Below are positions 19,576-31,422 of a DNA stretch of 64,000 nucleotides, in pieces. The position numbers and the translations under genes were made by a program. The notes below the pieces were generated by a model. It was not told the DNA's origin. It was given only the letters and a program-made list of their open reading frames with translations, and did not search any database. Numbering within the stretch: the stretch's first letter is position 1; the number at the start of each line of letters is the position of its first letter. The stretch is from IMG/VR virus record IMGVR_UViG_3300045970_000794, positions 298,103 to 362,102 of that record. One strand, 5' to 3'.

Positions 19576-19653
19576 TTGTTCTCGTATTTAAGTTATTACT
19601 ATTTTGACAGGGTAGTGCTTCGTATTCCCACACTACCCATACACGAAACGTTA
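19530..19653 (+). repeat. attC-like site 10
   Basis: TAAC-ac-CGTGTATAGGTAATGTGGG ... CCCACACTACCCATACACG-aaac-GTTA. Confidence 0.85.
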
Positions 19654-19664
19654 TAAGTAATTTA

Positions 19665-19946
19665 CTAAATGTTTGGATGATTAGTAAAACATTTATTGCA
19701 TTGTTGATTATTTCTACTTATTTGAATTAATTCACCACCACAATCACATTTATTAAACATACTTATAACAGTAGGTATATTCAAATTTTTAACTCGTTCT
19801 TGTTCGTATTTAATACCTTCATCAAATGCTTCCAAAAACCAACCAAACCATTCGTCTTTAGCCATTTCACCACGCATATCTTTTGTTGGTAAATCGTCAA
19901 TTATCTTATTAATTATTTTATTTTTATCCATTTTAATTTCCTCCAT
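19665..19946 (-). CDS. cassette 11 protein with C-terminal zinc ribbon
   Basis: NLNIPTVI motif across half-site at 19766; CDCGG...CNKC. Confidence 0.65.
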   Translation of the reverse strand: MEEIKMDKNKIINKIIDDLPTKDMRGEMAKDEWFGWFLEAFDEGIKYEQERVKNLNIPTVISMFNKCDCGGELIQISRNNQQCNKCFTNHPNI

Positions 19947-22900
19947 TGTTAAGTAATGATTTTATGCCCTCATCTTTTAAAAGTAAGAGCATAATATCTA
20001 ATTCATTTTCTGTTATTGTTTCTTCGTCAAGTTCTGCTAATGACAAATACAATCTACGTTTTAAATCTAAAATTTCATCCATGTTAAATATCACCTTTAA
20101 GCCACAATTTATAATCATCTTCTGTCATTCCCAAATATGCTGATAAACTTAAAGTACTATCAGAATTATGCCATTCATCAATCTTATCATCAATGGTATC
20201 ACCAATGGTTTTAACATATTTAATTTTTAGATTCATTTCAATGGTGTGTTCTACCTGAGTAATCGCCCAGTCAATTTTATCAACATCCATTTGGTCAACA
20301 GCATCATTAATTGGTAAATCCAAATAATAATTAGAATACATTCTTTTAAACATTAAATGCTGCTCTTCAGTGCATTTAGCTAGAAGGTCTTTTAGAATAG
20401 TCTTAGCAGCTTTTATTAAAGTTTCGTTTTTCATATTATTTAAATAAAAGATTAAATAAATAATAGACTGGAGTTAGGAATGCGGGTGTTACATACAACC
20501 ACAATAAAACAGATACCCACCCTTCTTTATTGAATTTATACCTATCAAAAATATTAATATTTTTATTTTCGTCTTCTAGTGCCCACATAATTACGAAGCA
20601 ACTAACTACTAATGTATATCCCCACATATTATTTTATATTAAATTATTAAATATCATTTTCATCATCAATCACCCACCACATGAAACCACAGGCCAATCC
20701 AATTACCACTACTTGTATAAAAATTTCCATCATTATTTTATATTAACCAAAGTTTGTTAAAGTAATATATCTGATTATCAGTCAGATTCTTAACCCATTC
20801 ATCAAAATAGATATGATACTTAATCGAATTGTTTTCATACCATTCATATCTCAAATATTGATATAGCCTATCATTCATACTAATACAAATCAAAATCATC
20901 ACCAACAATTATCCACCATAGGACAATCAATACACCCATAAACATCATTAATTCCATGAGTTAAACTGTATTAATATTAAATTTAATAAGAATTACCATC
21001 TTCAACCAATCGTAAAACATTTCATCAGTGAACGATGCAGTCTTATCATCATTAGTTCTATAAACCGATTGACCATTTACTCTATAGAATAGGTCATAAT
21101 AGATTTTTAGAGTAACACCATCTTTACTGAAAACAACGTTGTTGAACTCACCGTCAGTTGGTGAATACGCTATACCGTATTTCTCTAAGGTAGTAACCAA
21201 TTTATTTATTGTATGCTCAAGTTTAGTAATTGGTGCCATTTTTATATATAATAAAGGTGAATATATTGTTTTTTATATGTTACCATTCCACTGCTATAGT
21301 GATGAAAATGAAATTCTCTAGTTATATCATCCTTATAAAGTTGATATGCGTAATCGACATCCATTAATTCTTTAGTTCCCATAATAAGATTAAATTAATT
21401 TCTACAAAGATAATACAAATAAGTTAATAAAACAAATTTTCTATCAAATATTTTTCATCTAAAATTTTGCGTGGGATTCCATGGCAGTCTAACCAATAAT
21501 GTATGATAATGTCAGTGAAGGGACTAATATTCCCAAACTCACCTTGCATTCTTCCATTTTTATCTGGAACCCTACCCATAAGTTGGTCATCTGTTAGTAA
21601 ATTCTTACGTTCTTCCCACGTCAATTCTCTATAATAATCCTCTTCATTCACTGAACTTATGACTTAACCTCAAATAAATCTTCGATATCATCATCATAAA
21701 TCCAATTAAGGGCTTCTTCAGCTCCACGATAGATAAGGTTATCTTCATCCATTTCTTCCCAATCACCTTCATTAATGTCCTCAAGGTTAGTTGAACCATC
21801 AAGAATTGATATCTTAGCATCAATGATTAAATGGTTAGGGTTACGAAATGTACTATACTCTGGTAGCCAAGTTTTCATGGCGGTTAAGCCATCAATTTGT
21901 CTTTGAATTGCTGCTTCTGTTCTCATTTTTGAAACGTTTATTAATAATACTTAAAACTTTATATAATATGAACAATACTAAAACTGAATCTACTATTGGC
22001 CATAAAATTGATAATATAATATAAGGTGTGACTCCATCGTCTTCATAATCATCTACATCGTAAGTGCTTTTAGCATTACTATTACCAATATTAATACTCC
22101 TAATAACCATTAGGAATATAAAGGTAACTACGAACCCGATAATATATGTTACTATGTATGTCATCACTCATTTAATTCTTCAATTATTGTATATTGTACT
22201 GGCGTTGATAATTCGATTTTATAACCATTAGTATTTCCACCATCGAATGTGTAAATGTTATCATAAAATAAATATGCGCCATCATCGATTTTGCAATCAT
22301 CACAATTAATTATTTCATCAAAAAGAAACCAACTGGTAGCACCACCAGTTAGCATTACTCTAACACGAAAAATCTTCTTTCTTCGATTCAAATATTCCGT
22401 TCGGAAGAAACCATTCATTACATGGGATTTGATTTGGTCAGCAGTTAAGCTTTCCTCACGATTTTCGGAACGATATAAACCATCATCACCTTTAAGCCAT
22501 AGTGAATCCCCATTCCTAGTTTTTGTAATGTCACGATATCCTATTTTATCCATATTTCCCATAATTTAATATTTTTATTATAATTTTTTCCAAGTAGAAT
22601 CTGGAATTTCATCTGGTTTTCTAAGATTATTGATAATTCCAACTTTACCATTATCCAATTCAAACCAAATAAATTTATTTTCTATGAATATACGAACAAT
22701 TTTATTAACGCCACTATCATATCCATATGAATATGTTCCACCCCATTCTATAGTATCACCAACACATATTTTACCATAAACAATGTGATTAGCTTCATTA
22801 ATACTATCTATACCCATTATTTTCCAATCTAATTTATCTTTCATAATTAAATTTTTACCAAACAAACCAAATAAAATACAAAGGTCCACCTATTACCATC

Positions 22901-25900
22901 AAACCTAATAGAGTCCAACTAGCTGATGCTACCTTATACCATAAGTCTTCTCTTACAGTATCATAGTCCATCAAGGACCAAGTAGCCGATGCTATTAATA
23001 AAAGAGTAAGTGTAATTGTTGAATATATTTTAAATTCTAACATGATTTTTCTTTTAAATAGTTTTTAAATTTGATTCTATCCTTTGCTTTTAATTCCTTA
23101 CCATTCCTTCCAACGTGAAATTTAAAGCACTTATAGCATTTATATGCAACAACTTTATGAATAATATGTGGTTTTGAATTAACATGCTTAGCGCATATAA
23201 TAGCTTCTTCCAATGTATTAAACTTCTTCTTTGGTTTCATCAGTGGAATACCAGTTTTAAAATCATAATGAATAATTGTTTCACATTCCATAACCTATTC
23301 TTTATTAATAGCCACCATTTGATTCTTCAAACCAACAATTGCTTTAGTTCTCATTGCTCTACTTAATAAAGCACCGCCAGAGGCAAACATTGTAATGCTA
23401 CAACTGTCTTTATTCCATTCTTCCATGGATTTAGTACCAGTCTTTTCCATTTCATTAATTAAGTCAAGGAATAAGTCTTCTAACTCTTCCCTTGTATAGT
23501 TTATGAGGTCTGTTCTTTCCATGAGTTAAATTTCCCCTCTATATTTTATTAATAATTTACTGAGAGACCTTCTTGTCTGATATTCTTTATCATCTTCACC
23601 ATCTAACCTATGGTTTGGTGAACCAATGAAGAATTCAATTTGCTCTGGTGAAAGATTCAATTGTCTCAACATATTAAGCTTATTTGGTGCTCCATTAATA
23701 TAATCCATATCAATAGTATCCAAGTAATCTCTATGATAATTACGAATCAACATCGGTTCTGGTTCACCAATAGGTCTTCCATTTAGAAAGTTACCATTAG
23801 CTTTAAGTTCATTGATAGCACCCTCATCCAGAGGTCTAACAACACCTTTATCAACACCATAAGCTTGATTACCATCACCAACAATAATAACATTATCTTG
23901 GTCCTTCAAGTGTTCAGCCGCCCTTAAAACCATTTCTGGGATATTATCATGTGGTGGAACAACAAGCACACCAATATTTTCGGGTTGTATTCCGATATAA
24001 CCACCGCCAATAAGGGAAGGGCCAGCAACACCAATTTTTTTTATTCTATTTTTAGCAATTTCCATGATTAATCTTTTGTTAATAGTAAACTAATAGCATT
24101 CATAGCTAAACCGAAATGATTATTAAACTCTTGGTTTGTCACTTCAACATATTCACCTGGTGCTATATCAATTTCAACACAATCATTTGTATCAATCATA
24201 ACATTACTATTGTTTTTACGGACATCAATTATAATACCGTCAACAGCTGCATGTGTTAAACTATAAATGTGTCTAATTTTAGTAATTTTGATTAGCTTCG
24301 TATTATTTAATTTATAACATTGACCAATAATATTGGGGAATGTCTTCATTAATTCTTTAGTTTCATCTTCATCAAGCTTTAATATTGCTTCATGAAGCTT
24401 TCGTCTTTCAGCTGAATAGTCCATTTAGTTATAAATTTTCAATTTCAGCTTTAACACCATACCAAAACACTTTACCAGTTTCAGCAATCATTTCGTCAGC
24501 AACAGCTGTTGCAGCTGCTTTAACTATTGCATTAGCTTTTTCAAAATCGGTTATTGGTTCTGGGAATATTATCCCAGCAAATTTAGCAAATAATTGCTTA
24601 GCTTTATCTCCCATCTTGTTTAATATTTAAATTTTATTAATGTAAAAGTTATTTTCACAGAGTCTATTGCCTTTACCTAGCTCAACGTTCTGTTCAACTA
24701 TGTCACGAATCATGGACTCTGTGATTATGAATTCTTTCTCGTCTTGATTCTGATATTCTTCATCAGTCATCTTATCATTTTCAATGAAAAATTGGACTTT
24801 AAGTACTGGCTTCATGTTAATTAACGTTTTCTCTTGTTGATAATATTTCTTTAATCTTATTATAGTAATAAGTTAAACCATTGAATTCTCTATAATCATC
24901 AATAACAGCAATAAGCTTATGGTCAATAACATTACCTTGGTCATAATCCCAAACAATTAGTTTAGCAACATCAAATGGATGCGTTATTGGCAACGACTCT
25001 ATGTTTCGATTAAACAGTGCCGATTGTTTAGCGGTTACTGACCTCTTCAAAGCTAAAAGCCTTTTAGTATCAAGCTTATTTAATTGAGCTTCATTTAAAA
25101 ATGTAATCTCTTTTTTCTGTGACATGATAATTTTATTTAAAGTTTAACAATAAAGCATCCATTTTTTAATTTGGTTAATTGTTTCAACATCTTCAACTAG
25201 CTTAACAGTTTTAATCATTAGTATGTGTAAATCGAAATTAATTTTAGTTTCAATACCATTACGTTTACCAACTTCAACAGCCACTACCTTATAAGCTAAC
25301 CTATCAAGGTAAATCTCTTTGATTTGGAAATAGTGTACACCATCATCCAATGGTCCCATTTCAACTATTTGGTCTATATTACATAACCAATTTGGTCTGA
25401 ATTCAATTATACAACCATTTAACCCATTTTTATTACCACTCTTAATGGTAACATTAGTGATTTCGCAAGCCATGATATTATTTAATTAAGTCTTTAAACA
25501 TTTTATCCGAAATTTTCTGATATGTAGCAGCCAATTTAGTCTGTAAGAATTTGAATGAACGTACAATTGGGTCATGAACTACAAACCATACTGCTGAAAA
25601 AGGCCAGTAACTCATCCAAACAAGGATTCTACTCTTATTACGCCAGAAGCTTATCTGTTCAGCATATACTTTATTACCATTTTCTTTACATTTAGCTCTT
25701 AAATCATTCAAAAATAGATACCATTTAACGAATGACCATACTACACCTAGTAATAAGTAACCTAAAAATACACCTATAATAGTAAATGGATTATCAATTA
25801 TCCAACTACCAGCGGATAAATAATCTTCTTTACCACCAAAAACACCAGTAAAAACAAGAAAACCAATAAGGAGTATGGTAGCTCCAGTTCCACTTTGTTC

Positions 25901-26613
25901 TTCTTTTTCAATAAAAGCAATCATTGCGATTACTACTGCGGTTAATAATAACCAAAACCATAAGGTACCTACTGCAAATAACATAATTTTTAAGTTTATA
26001 ATTTATTTAATTGAGACTACAAAGATATAAAAATATTTTAATAAAACAAATTTTTATTAAGATATTTTATAATGTGGTCCAGATTCCTTCACATTAACCA
26101 ATATATGTGGTGGTGTTGGAGCTAAACACATAGCATTATTAATTGATAATAGTATTTTAACATATTCAGCTTCTGAATAATTAAGATGCTTTAATGTCTG
26201 GCTAAATTTTATACCATTACCATCATCAAACATGGTCATGAACTTTTCATTCCTAATATGTTCACTCCAAATGTTAGAGTCTGATGCGAATATTGAGTAC
26301 TCAGTACCCTTTTTCTTTTCAGTAACAATAATAACATACTCGACATTGCCATCTTCATCTTTAGTGATGAATTTTTGAGGTTCTTTCATTGTAAATAATT
26401 TTTAATTTTAATTTTTGCTTGTTCAAACGTGAGTCCACCGAACTCATATATTAATTCTTGATTGAATCTTAATATAAATAACCTAGCAATTTCACCTTCA
26501 TACCCAAATAAATCATATATTAATGTAAAAGATAATGGATATCGCTCTTTAAGATATTCAATAGTTGAACCATATTCAACTTCCCAATCATTTTTATATG
26601 CAAACATTAGCAA
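19933..26613 (-). other. run of short hypothetical phage genes (19933-20082, 20084-20434, 20436-20627, 20961-21239, 21424-21651, 21657-21926, 21892-22167, 22164-22562, 22578-22844, 22855-23043, 23037-23291, 23295-23522, 23526-24065, 24068-24424, 24429-24614, 24627-24815, 24817-25125, 25144-25473, 25478-25984, 26057-26389, 26386-26613)
   Basis: Tiled co-oriented ORFs; several are membrane proteins (e.g. 25478-25984); 23037-23291 has a CxxCxxxH motif. Confidence 0.65.
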
Positions 26614-26704
26614 ATCCCACCTACTTGAATCAAGTTGGTTAATGGTTGTATGTATGAATAGTTCTTTAAACCGTTCTTTAGCATATAATTGGTAATGTTT
26701 TTCA

Positions 26705-28714
26705 TTAATTTCTTGCGTTGTCTAAAGGTTGGTATCTCATAACCAATACAGAGTGAGCTTTAAAAAATCCAATAATATTTTCATCCAACTCTCTGTAAGA
26801 TTCTTGAAAAACCCTAATAAAATTATCACTAAGTGTATATGAATATTTTTTATTAACTTTCCTCGGGTAATTATTAGCGTACTTGATTTCCATGGTACGT
26901 AAATCGAATTCATTACGATATATGTAATCATTACCAACAGTAGTTTTCTTAGTGAAAAAATAATATACATATTCACGGTCACTATGATATAGTGTGACAT
27001 CAGTATTATGATTAATAAATTCTAATGTTTCACTCATTCGTAGGAACGAATTAATCATATCTGTTCTACCATTAACATTACCTTTCTTCTTATCAGTCGA
27101 TGACATATTATCAGCTATTAGATTCGCATGTTCAATACTAATATTAGCAATTTCATCATCAAAGTTAATGCGTGTTAATATTGGATGATATAAGCTATGA
27201 ATACATGACCTAATATCTAATTCAATTGGGGTATTATTAACATCACACATTATTATTGCACCATACTTAGTCAATTTCTTTGCTTGCACTACATGTATAA
27301 CTGCTGAATTATTGAATTTAAATTTATCAAAATTAGGGTGATACGATAATATACCCATTAATCGCATTCTAACGTTATAATTAGTTAACTTTGAAGTGCC
27401 CTCAAATACAGAATCGATAAACTCGTAAGTATTAGTTTTTGGCGTATTTAGCAAAATATTTCTAATAGTATCAGTAATAACTAATTCTTCATCGGCAACA
27501 ATAACATTTCTAGTTGTATTAGATATTTCCGATATTTCATTTAATACTATATTAGTATCAGTACTCGGTAAGTTAATTGGGTTATTACTTTGGGTATACA
27601 CTATATGCATTAATTTAGCTTTATCATCCCATTTAGTAATACTTTCAACTTCCTTATATGTATTAATTGTATTACATAAGTAATGGTATTTAGCATTTAG
27701 ATACGATAATCTAGCACCATATTCAGTTTTACAGCGAGATAATCGCAATTTAGTGGCACTTAATTTAGTGTCATTATTGGGTATACATATAATTGGTACA
27801 TATGATTTAATATTTTGTGAGAAACCAATTGGGTCAGCTTTACCACCTCTTGGGATATATTTATTAGCCATTTCATTTGAAAATTCACTATCAGATACTT
27901 CATGGATTAATTCATCAAGATATCTGAATTGTCTAGATGCTGGGTTCATAACATCTGACGTAAATCCAAATCTTGATAGATTAATTTTAGCACCGTTTGA
28001 TTTACCAATCGATGATAAGTCCGATTTTAACTTCTTTAATAGTAAATCAGATTTATTCACCTTTATCTGAGTTGTGGGTAGTACATTATTAATTAATGGA
28101 TTCTGTTCAACAACTGGAATAATGTCAGCACTATTCATTTTATTTTGAATTCTAACTTTAGTGTCACGATTCAATTTAATACTAGCCATTATTGTTGCAT
28201 AGTAATTTAAGAAATTACCATTCATTAACTCTCTATGGGCTATATCATAAGCAGTCGAAGCTTCATTAGAGCTGTTAAATACACCTAAATTATATGCATC
28301 ATTTTCGAACATGATTCTAGACCTCCATTTTCCATTAGGCAATTCAGTACCACCTCTATTAGATTTAGTAGATACTAGTTCAACTTTAGCTACTGGTTCT
28401 GCAATATGTTCAACCACAGCAACAGGTTTAATTGATTTAATTAAATTCGCTGGGTCTGCCTTATACTCAACCTTTGAATTATCAATCGATATTGTATAAT
28501 CCTCAGTTTCAGCAATATTATATAAATCAAGACACTTTACAATCTCATTTTTTACATATTTGCTGAATCTAATCGATGAGAATAACGAATACTTATCATC
28601 GTAATGACTAACAATATTATTTTTTTTCTTATTAACAACTTTATAGCTAAGAGCTACTGTTGCTACTTCTTTTTCACCAAATAATTTTTTTGTTAATTTT
28701 TTAAATAGTCCCAT
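26705..28714 (-). CDS. large protein with AP2-like DNA-binding domain
   Basis: GKWRSRI....YNLGVF....EA..AYD.A. Confidence 0.7.
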   Translation of the reverse strand: MGLFKKLTKKLFGEKEVATVALSYKVVNKKKNNIVSHYDDKYSLFSSIRFSKYVKNEIVKCLDLYNIAETEDYTISIDNSKVEYKADPANLIKSIKPVAVVEHIAEPVAKVELVSTKSNRGGTELPNGKWRSRIMFENDAYNLGVFNSSNEASTAYDIAHRELMNGNFLNYYATIMASIKLNRDTKVRIQNKMNSADIIPVVEQNPLINNVLPTTQIKVNKSDLLLKKLKSDLSSIGKSNGAKINLSRFGFTSDVMNPASRQFRYLDELIHEVSDSEFSNEMANKYIPRGGKADPIGFSQNIKSYVPIICIPNNDTKLSATKLRLSRCKTEYGARLSYLNAKYHYLCNTINTYKEVESITKWDDKAKLMHIVYTQSNNPINLPSTDTNIVLNEISEISNTTRNVIVADEELVITDTIRNILLNTPKTNTYEFIDSVFEGTSKLTNYNVRMRLMGILSYHPNFDKFKFNNSAVIHVVQAKKLTKYGAIIMCDVNNTPIELDIRSCIHSLYHPILTRINFDDEIANISIEHANLIADNMSSTDKKKGNVNGRTDMINSFLRMSETLEFINHNTDVTLYHSDREYVYYFFTKKTTVGNDYIYRNEFDLRTMEIKYANNYPRKVNKKYSYTLSDNFIRVFQESYRELDENIIGFFKAHSVLVMRYQPLDNARN

Positions 28715-28743
28715 AATTTCTAGTTTTTAATTTTATTAATTTA

Positions 28744-29436
28744 TTATTCTCTTTCTGGATTGATAATCATACCCCCTACCGATGTATTCGCCAAATCAAA
28801 TCCATTGGCCTTTAGCAAGGTCTTTAGTTCGCTAATGTACCATGAAAATTCATGAGTCCCGACCTTTTTATGACCAACTTCATTAATATCATCCAGTAAC
28901 CGATACAATTTTGACAATGGTAGATTATGCCAAGTATACTTACTCGATGGTGATAGTATCTCATTCATTGTATTTATTGCTTGTTCAATACCAGCTTGTT
29001 TAGAATCATCATAACCACCTTTCACGGCTTTCTCTCTACCTTCATTAAGATATTCAACAATAGCATCAGCTATATCATGTTCAATTAATCCTAATGCACG
29101 ATTATATATTTCTAAATTACCATTTTGAACTAATTTAGTTAGTCTTTTCACCACAATATCAGCAATCAACCTAGCTTGAACCACTTCAATCAAAGAGGAA
29201 ATGGTTGGTAATTCTGAAACACATAATGATTTCATGCTATGACTGTGTTCGGTTTTTTGAACCAACCATATACCTGGGTACAAATCAATATCAGTATCTA
29301 TTCCAACTGGAACATACTTTCTACCTACTTTTTTATATAAAGTTTCACCATTATACATTTTTACTGGTATTCCATTTGTTAATAGCTTGCATAACTGCAT
29401 ATGTAAAATTAGCGAAATCACTATAATAATCAACAT
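28744..29436 (-). CDS. hypothetical protein (true start probably downstream, MYNGETL)
   Basis: 230-aa ORF; N-terminus overlaps the upstream gene. Confidence 0.6.
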   Translation of the reverse strand: MLIIIVISLILHMQLCKLLTNGIPVKMYNGETLYKKVGRKYVPVGIDTDIDLYPGIWLVQKTEHSHSMKSLCVSELPTISSLIEVVQARLIADIVVKRLTKLVQNGNLEIYNRALGLIEHDIADAIVEYLNEGREKAVKGGYDDSKQAGIEQAINTMNEILSPSSKYTWHNLPLSKLYRLLDDINEVGHKKVGTHEFSWYISELKTLLKANGFDLANTSVGGMIINPERE

Positions 29437-29830
29437 CTGGCCTAGCTAATGATGTTTGAATTATAACGTCCGATTTTCGTGTATAACCTTCTTCAATACC
29501 AATAACCATAGGCTTATTAGTAGTACTATACTTACCTAGTTCGTACAAGGTAATTGGACAATTAGTTGCATTAGTGAACCAGAAAACAATAATATCAGCT
29601 TTCGCCAATTTATCATGTTCCCAGCATATCTGCTCCATTTCAGTGTCTTTATTGAAGTCATCACGTCTAGGATTGTATACAGTTAATTTAGGTATCTTAC
29701 CTAACCTATTCACTAATTGTTCTTGCCAATCTGGACAGTTAGATATACCACCAGCAAGGAACAATTTACAGTTCTCGTTAATGGTTTCGATTGAATAATC
29801 TTCGTTGGGTGCTATTACTATTTTAGCCAT
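29351..29830 (-). CDS. nucleoside 2-deoxyribosyltransferase-like protein
   Basis: LFLAGGI..CPDWQ, YNPRR, QICWE, VFWF, PITLYELG. Confidence 0.85.
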   Translation of the reverse strand: MAKIVIAPNEDYSIETINENCKLFLAGGISNCPDWQEQLVNRLGKIPKLTVYNPRRDDFNKDTEMEQICWEHDKLAKADIIVFWFTNATNCPITLYELGKYSTTNKPMVIGIEEGYTRKSDVIIQTSLARPDVDYYSDFANFTYAVMQAINKWNTSKNV

Positions 29831-30312
29831 TATATCATGTGTTTAATTTTATTGTGAGCATAATCATTTAATTTATGACGAATTAAACGTTGCCCCAATG
29901 AATTGAAGAATGGGTAAATTACGATATCATTTGTTAATTTGCTAATATGGTCGCTAATTTCAGCCATATGACTATCAACATCACCAGTCATAAGATATTC
30001 TAACAGATGCTCTGGTACTGCTGTTGAGTGAAATTTTTCGAAATCAACTTCGGTTCTAACAAAGTTTTCATATATTTTAATAACATCAGCACAGAACTCA
30101 TCATAACTAGTGAAAAATAATTCCTTCTGATTAAGTCTCGTTAGGATAAAATAAGGCAATGTACATATCACTCTATTGAACGACATCATTTGTTCTTTAT
30201 AGGGTTTATACATTTCAACAAACGTATTTTCAATGTATTTCTTTACATTGTCGATAGTTTCTTCAGTAAACTGGTCACGTTTCTCAACGTATTCTTCATG
30301 ACTAGCAATCAT
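29830..30312 (-). CDS. hypothetical protein
   Basis: 160-aa ORF after promoter at 30343. Confidence 0.7.
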   Translation of the reverse strand: MIASHEEYVEKRDQFTEETIDNVKKYIENTFVEMYKPYKEQMMSFNRVICTLPYFILTRLNQKELFFTSYDEFCADVIKIYENFVRTEVDFEKFHSTAVPEHLLEYLMTGDVDSHMAEISDHISKLTNDIVIYPFFNSLGQRLIRHKLNDYAHNKIKHMI

Positions 30313-30392
30313 AATTTTTTATTTAATGGTTAATATTTTATGCAAAGATATAAAAAATATTTTAATCTACCAAATAAATTTACAACTATTTT

Positions 30393-30890
30393 TTACTTTC
30401 TTTTTAAAGCTTCCATTTTTAGTGCTAAATCAGCTAATCTATCTTGCGCTTTCTTCGCTGAAGAGATAGCATTTGAATGTGCTGTTCCTAAATTAGACTG
30501 CGCTTTCTCTAAATCCCTTTGAGCTCTTTTTATTTGATACTCTAACTCTCTTCGTTCTTTAGTAATCTTAGCACTTTCAACTCGAACGGATTCATCAACA
30601 ATCCGACACTCTCTGATTGGTAAAACACCAAGCATTGGCATTGGCATATCTGGTATATTACTAGAATACCAAGTTATAGTTGAGCGGGCTGGACCTATTT
30701 TAGTATAGATTTTAGCTTTCTTAATATCATCAGTCCAAGAAGTGTCATTATAATCTCTATTGCGACAATACTGCCCTTTATGATTAATAACAACAAACAT
30801 TTCAAGATTAACAGGTGCCGTTCTAATTAGAACAGCATCCTTATGCAAAATAGTTTTACTCATATAATTTATAGGTTGGGCTAGTTTCAC
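30393..30890 (-). CDS. hypothetical protein with coiled-coil C-terminus
   Basis: ORF track. Confidence 0.65.
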   Translation of the reverse strand: MKLAQPINYMSKTILHKDAVLIRTAPVNLEMFVVINHKGQYCRNRDYNDTSWTDDIKKAKIYTKIGPARSTITWYSSNIPDMPMPMLGVLPIRECRIVDESVRVESAKITKERRELEYQIKRAQRDLEKAQSNLGTAHSNAISSAKKAQDRLADLALKMEALKRK

Positions 30891-31410
30891 TTATTTTAAA
30901 AATTGATGGGTCTGCGGGGCTTAAATTAATTGACATTATCCAAACGGCATCCTCATCCCAGAACATTTTACCATTATGAATAAAGACACTAACTTGTGAT
31001 ATTTCAATAAGCATTCTCAATATCAATTGGTCAACAACTTCTGATTTAGATAAATTAGTTGAATTCCTTATAAAAAATTGTTTGAAGAATACTTCATCTT
31101 CAACCTTTTCAATGATACTATCATACGAATTACCTTCATACGATGGTTTAGATGTGATAGTTCGTAAGCAATCCTTAATTTTATGATAAATTATCCCTTG
31201 ACTAACATCTGGAAACCCGCTGTAATGCTGTTTAAATATTGATTGAATACATGTTTTATATTCTTCATCTGTTTCCCAATTATAATGACGTTTAGCCATC
31301 AAAATGATATGCGTTTCCAAATGCTCTGGTGTCCAGCAATTGCCATCGTCATATATTGGCTTTTTATTTTCTAAAAATTCACCAATTTGTTTAAGTGTTG
31401 TTGATTTCAT
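30856..31410 (-). CDS. hypothetical protein
   Basis: 184-aa ORF. Confidence 0.65.
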   Translation of the reverse strand: MKSTTLKQIGEFLENKKPIYDDGNCWTPEHLETHIILMAKRHYNWETDEEYKTCIQSIFKQHYSGFPDVSQGIIYHKIKDCLRTITSKPSYEGNSYDSIIEKVEDEVFFKQFFIRNSTNLSKSEVVDQLILRMLIEISQVSVFIHNGKMFWDEDAVWIMSINLSPADPSIFKISETSPTYKLYE

Positions 31411-31422
31411 ATTATTTATTTA

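Larger units (their letters stand above)
15505..19790 (+). mobile_element. integron-like gene-cassette array (11 cassettes, attC-like sites, no integrase in window)
   Basis: Each cassette begins GTTAnnnnn and ends with the reverse complement nnnnnTAAC; cassettes are separated by long imperfect inverted repeats. Confidence 0.85.

Noticed and set aside
15505-19790. CRISPR array or simple terminators as explanation for the repeats
   Set aside because: Arms differ in sequence between sites, spacing is 29 bp to ~1 kb, and cassette-end complementarity is not a feature of either.
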